NCBI RefSeq assembly: GCF_018350175.1
Contig: NC_058380.1
Location: forward strand, 74,586,001 to 74,650,000
DNA length: 64,000 bases
Direction: 5' to 3'
Source: Felis catus
Taxonomy: Eukaryota
Under the pieces are notes generated by a model. It worked only from the letters and a program-made list of their open reading frames with translations, did not search any database and was not told the origin of the DNA. The translations under genes and the position numbers were made by a program. The first letter of the stretch is position 1. Each line of letters starts with the position of its first letter. Below, piece after piece: positions 60,167-64,000 of this stretch.

Positions 60167-62046
60167 AAGACATCATATCTTAATTATTTTATTACTTTTT
60201 GCTATTACTATAATTTCCTTACTATCTATATCTATTATATTGAGATTATTTACAGCTATTGTATCAGAATGGTGAAAATACCATGTAATGATGTGTTATT
60301 GCTTGTCTCTTACTCTGTGTTCAGTGACATCACATTGGCAGCTTGAAATTGACCATAGGGAGAATATTTATGCAATGGAAATTGGCAAAAGCTGCAGATC
60401 AAGGCCTGTGGACAAGATAGGTAAAATCCCTGCTTTTGAGGAGCTTATGGACCAGCAAGGGGTCAACGTTAGGCCTGGTGAGACAGTGAGATGGCGCCTT
60501 TCCAGTGCATCCTGAGAGCATACTCTGAGGTTATTACACTCAGAAAACTGGGTGATAATCATGCATTCTCCTGCATCATCAGGCCTTGCCCAGGCTTGGC
60601 ATTCTCTGCCTCTGAGGTTAGCAAGAATTTCCTCTTCCTTCTCGCAAAACAAGGTTGGTCACCAACTGTCAAACTCATTATTGCTGCAAAGAAGGAAAAG
60701 TAGTCCTGGACCCTGTCCACAGATTGTTAGATAGTTTCCCCTTCCGGGGCAAGAGGATTAGGAGAGAGGTATGTACACGGTTCCCTCAAATTGTGGTTTC
60801 CTATTTTGGTTTGTGGTTTAAATCCCTATTTTTGGCAGTCACCTCTGCTATAGACCAGCCAATCACAAGGGCTAGTAGTTGGGGATTTTTCTTTTTTCTT
60901 CCTCAAGGGAAAGGTCAGGCCATTCTGAATGCTTTACTATAGCCACACTCAGGTTGCCTAAGGGGGGATATTTCCTGAAGCCGTACCTTGCCTTGGAAAT
61001 AGACAATAGAATCTTGGCAGGTAGAAGAGGTTCAGTCATTTTGATCTATGTAGTGTGATTTTCTTAGACCAGGTAGAGTTATTTATTCCCTCTATCATGA
61101 TGGTGGTAGAAATGTCTTGAAAAGCCTGTCTAACCATAGGCTTGTTCAAATGTGGTTGGCTTTCAGTTATCTGAATTTTGGACTTTCCATGGCTGCCTTC
61201 TCTCTCTCTCTTGCCATTTGTAAAAAGAGACGAGTATTGATTCTACTGGAAAAGAACACCTGAAGAGGGCATTCATTCCAGTTGGATGATGAAAGTGGTA
61301 CGGGCACTGGGACACAGCAGGCTCATAGTGTGGAAATGAAACAGAGGAAAGCACCCTGCAAAGCTGGTGAGGTGTGAGCAATGAGAGTTCCAACCTGGCA
61401 GGGAGGGGCTGCACAAGCAGGTGCAGTCTGAGCCAAACTGGTCTTCCAACTCTGGCTGCCTTCTTCTCTCTTCCATCAGGGATGCGTCTAGATCCTCTTT
61501 GACAGAGCCCTCCAAAGAAGGTCCTGTTTTGGTAATCCAGGTAAATCGTGCTGTTTTCCCAAGTTGGAATCACACACCTTTCTGTCCTCCAGAGTTCTTG
61601 ACTTTTGCATTGCTTTTGACTGCATCCACCCCCTCTCCTTTGAAAGCTCTGCCCACAAGCATCTCCCATCTCTTCCCCAACAGAGGTGGTCTTACCATTC
61701 TATAATTCTGCTGACCAACAAAACTCTGTTTTGAAAGATGTTTTCTACTAGTAATTTATGTTCCTAGTTTGTAGAAACCAAAGATGTGGGAGGAGATGAT
61801 TAGAGCTTCCAAGGTGCATGAGATGAGATAATCAGATTGACCACAGCAAGTTCATTACTTAATAAGTACAAAATCTTGGGCATCTGATTCCATGTAAGCT
61901 GCGGTTTTTCAGGCAAACATAATAATAACATAATGATATACAGCTCAAAGAGTTATTGAATGGATTTAAAAGACAATGAATATAAAATTCTTAGTATCAA
62001 ACCTGAACTTGGCTGTGGTCTCTCATTGTCTCATACATGATAGAAG

Positions 62047-62180
62047 GGGAAATTGTGATGGGCATTGAGGAGGGCACCTGTTGGGATGAGCACTGGGTGT
62101 TGTATGGAAACCAGTTTGACAATAAATTTCATATTAAAAAAAATAAAGAAGCCAAGGAAGCACAAATAAAAAATAAATAA
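62047..62180 (+). mobile_element. Very short L1 3' tip
   Basis: GTGATGGGCATTGAGGAGGGCACCTGTTGGGATGAGCACTGGGTGTTGTATGGAAACCAGTTTGACAATAAATTTCATATT followed by A-rich tails. Confidence 0.88.
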
Positions 62181-62924
62181 ATAGAAGAACATGTTCCAGG
62201 AGAGTCTAGTCTGTGCTTGACCCAGAGCTTGGCTTTGGAGATTCTGTGCTAAGCATTCCTGTTCACAGGTCTTCTGTTCTCTTGGAGCTTTGAGTTGATC
62301 AGGGAAGGAAATAAAATCAGAATAAAATCAAGTGTGTAAGAGTGCCTTTTCCATGGACTCCACGAGGTTCAGGTTTTCCCCGCTTTGTGGACAATAGAAG
62401 CCTTTCCAAAGTTTCTCTTACTGTGACTTATCTCTTGAGAGTTTCATGTTTTCAACTTCCTAGTGAACATGCCCCAGCTGTACCAAGATCATTTTAAACT
62501 CAATGTGTCTAAAAGCAAGTTTATCCTTTTCTTCTCCGTGTTCTGACATTCCTTTGGAATAGTGCCAAAGTTCACTTGCTTAGCTCTTTAACTGGGCTAT
62601 CTTGGGTCATCGTTAGTGCTTTTATCCTTTTTTCTCCCTCTGTCCCAACATTCCTTCTGGAAGACACTAACATTCACTGTTTAGATGGTCATCTTTTATC
62701 TATCTTCTGTCTTGTCTTCTTAATCACCAAATTTTATAAGATTCCAAGCCATTATCCAAAACTTCCTATATATTGTAATCATCTTCCTGCCTCTCACCCA
62801 CTCCTAACAAATGAATTTTACCCAAACATGACTTGACAGGTACCATTTATTGAGCACCTATTGTATGCCAGGTTCTATGCTAAGCATTTTATATTCATTG
62901 TCTTTTAAAATTCACTCAATGACT

Positions 62925-63698
62925 AGATGCTCAACATCGCTCCTCATCAGGGAAATACAAATCAAAACCACACTCAGATATCACCTCACACCAGTCAGAG
63001 TGGCCAAAATGAANNNNNNNNNNNNNNNNNNNNNNNNNNNNNNNNNNNNNNNNNNNNNNNNNNNNNNNNNNNNNNNNNNNNNNNNNNNNNNNNNNNNNNN
63101 NNNNNNNNNNNNNNNNNNNNNNNNNNNNNNNNNNNNNNNNNNNNNNNNNNNNNNNNNNNNNNGCAGTAGCACTGCTAGGAATTTACCCAAGGGATACAGG
63201 AGTACTGATGCATAAGGGCACTTGTACCCCAATGTTTATAGCAGCACTCTCAACAATAGCCAAATTGTGGAAAAAGCCTAAATGTCCATCAACTGATGAA
63301 TGGATAAAGAAATTTTGATTTATATACACAATGGAGTACTATGTGGCAATGAGAAAGAATGAAATATGGCCCTTTGTAGCAACATGGATGGAACTGGAGA
63401 GTGTGGTACTAAGTGAACTAAGCCATACAGAGAAAGACAGATACCATATGTTTTCACTCTTATGTGGATCCTGAGAAACTTAACAGAAACCCATGGGGGA
63501 GAGGAAAGAAAAAAAAAGAGGTTAGAGAGGGAGAGAGCCAAAGCATAAGAGACTCTTAAAAACTGAGAACAAACTGAGGGTTGATGGGGGGTGGGAGGGA
63601 GGGGAGGATAGGTGATGGGCATTGAAGAGGGCATCTTTTGGGATGAGCACTGGGTATTGTATGGAAACCAATTTGACAATAAATTTCATATATTAAAA
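62925..63698 (+). mobile_element. 5'-truncated felid L1 (L1_Fc-like) spanning an N gap
   Basis: ORF2 C-terminal codons (QIKTTLRYHLTPVRVAK), 3'UTR, AATAAA; perfect 18-bp TSD AAAATTCACTCAATGACT at 62907-62924 and 63699-63716. Confidence 0.94.
63014..63162. other. Assembly gap (149 N) inside the L1
   Basis: Run of N; both flanks are contiguous L1 ORF2-end sequence. Confidence 1.
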
Positions 63699-64000
63699 AA
63701 AATTCACTCAATGACTCTCTGAGGTGTATATTATTATGTTCACCCAAATAACAGAAGTTTTTGGGAAGTGAGATGTCTAAGATCCTGTAGTTATTAAGCA
63801 ACCAGATATGAATGTAATGCCTTTTCTTATTCCAAAGACTGTGTGTGCTCAGTCTTAACCATTATGTTAAATGGCCTGTAATTTTTTTTAACATCTGTGA
63901 TTAGCTAAAAAATATTCAGCGTCTTCCCATTGCCTAAAGTAATGTCCAAATATCCGGTCAGGTTCTCTTGTTGCACACTCTCTTTCACCATCTTCTGGCA

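Larger units (their letters stand above)
59324..60405 (+). mobile_element. MER63-like hAT element interrupted by three SINEs, right end lost
   Basis: Starts CAGCGGTGTGCTGGAAC; TTTGTTAAATTTTCAAGAATTTTG and GGCAGCTTGAAATTGACCAT segments match the copy at 6805-7403. Confidence 0.7.

Noticed and set aside
61163-61669. Longest unexplained ORF (168 aa, minus strand)
   Set aside because: No recognisable domain, overlapping ORFs in several frames, and a length reachable by chance in 64 kb; would need conservation or RNA evidence.

Overview
Felid (cat-like) genomic DNA, judged from SINEC_Fc-type CAN-SINEs and L1_Fc-type LINE 3' ends. It contains one protein-coding gene, TNFSF15 (TL1A/VEGI), on the minus strand in four exons: 34608-34387, 23001-22959, 22235-22188 and 18946-18492. 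I assembled the exons by hand; all introns are GT-AG and the 768-nt CDS encodes a 255-aa type II TNF-family ligand. A probable ~5 kb 3'UTR ends near 13385. The promoter carries a TATA box, an exact NF-kB site and ETS/IRF-type motifs. The rest is repeat-rich: 18 CAN-SINEs, several L1 fragments, LTRs, MER DNA transposons, MIR/L2, microsatellites and two N gaps. I found no new gene or wholly new system. The best leads are regulatory or evolutionary: (1) a (TTC)12 tract puts the TATA-predicted start site in a 49-nt purine-free stretch, suggesting a TOP-like leader or displaced initiation; (2) uORFs, one overlapping the main ATG; (3) the human intron-derived VEGI-174 and VEGI-192 N-termini are recognisable but disabled here; (4) the shedding-site residues differ from human; (5) clear retrotransposition footprints, including a twin-primed inverted L1 and two cases of SINEs re-using one target site. 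Human comparisons and repeat family names are from memory and need alignment or RepeatMasker confirmation.
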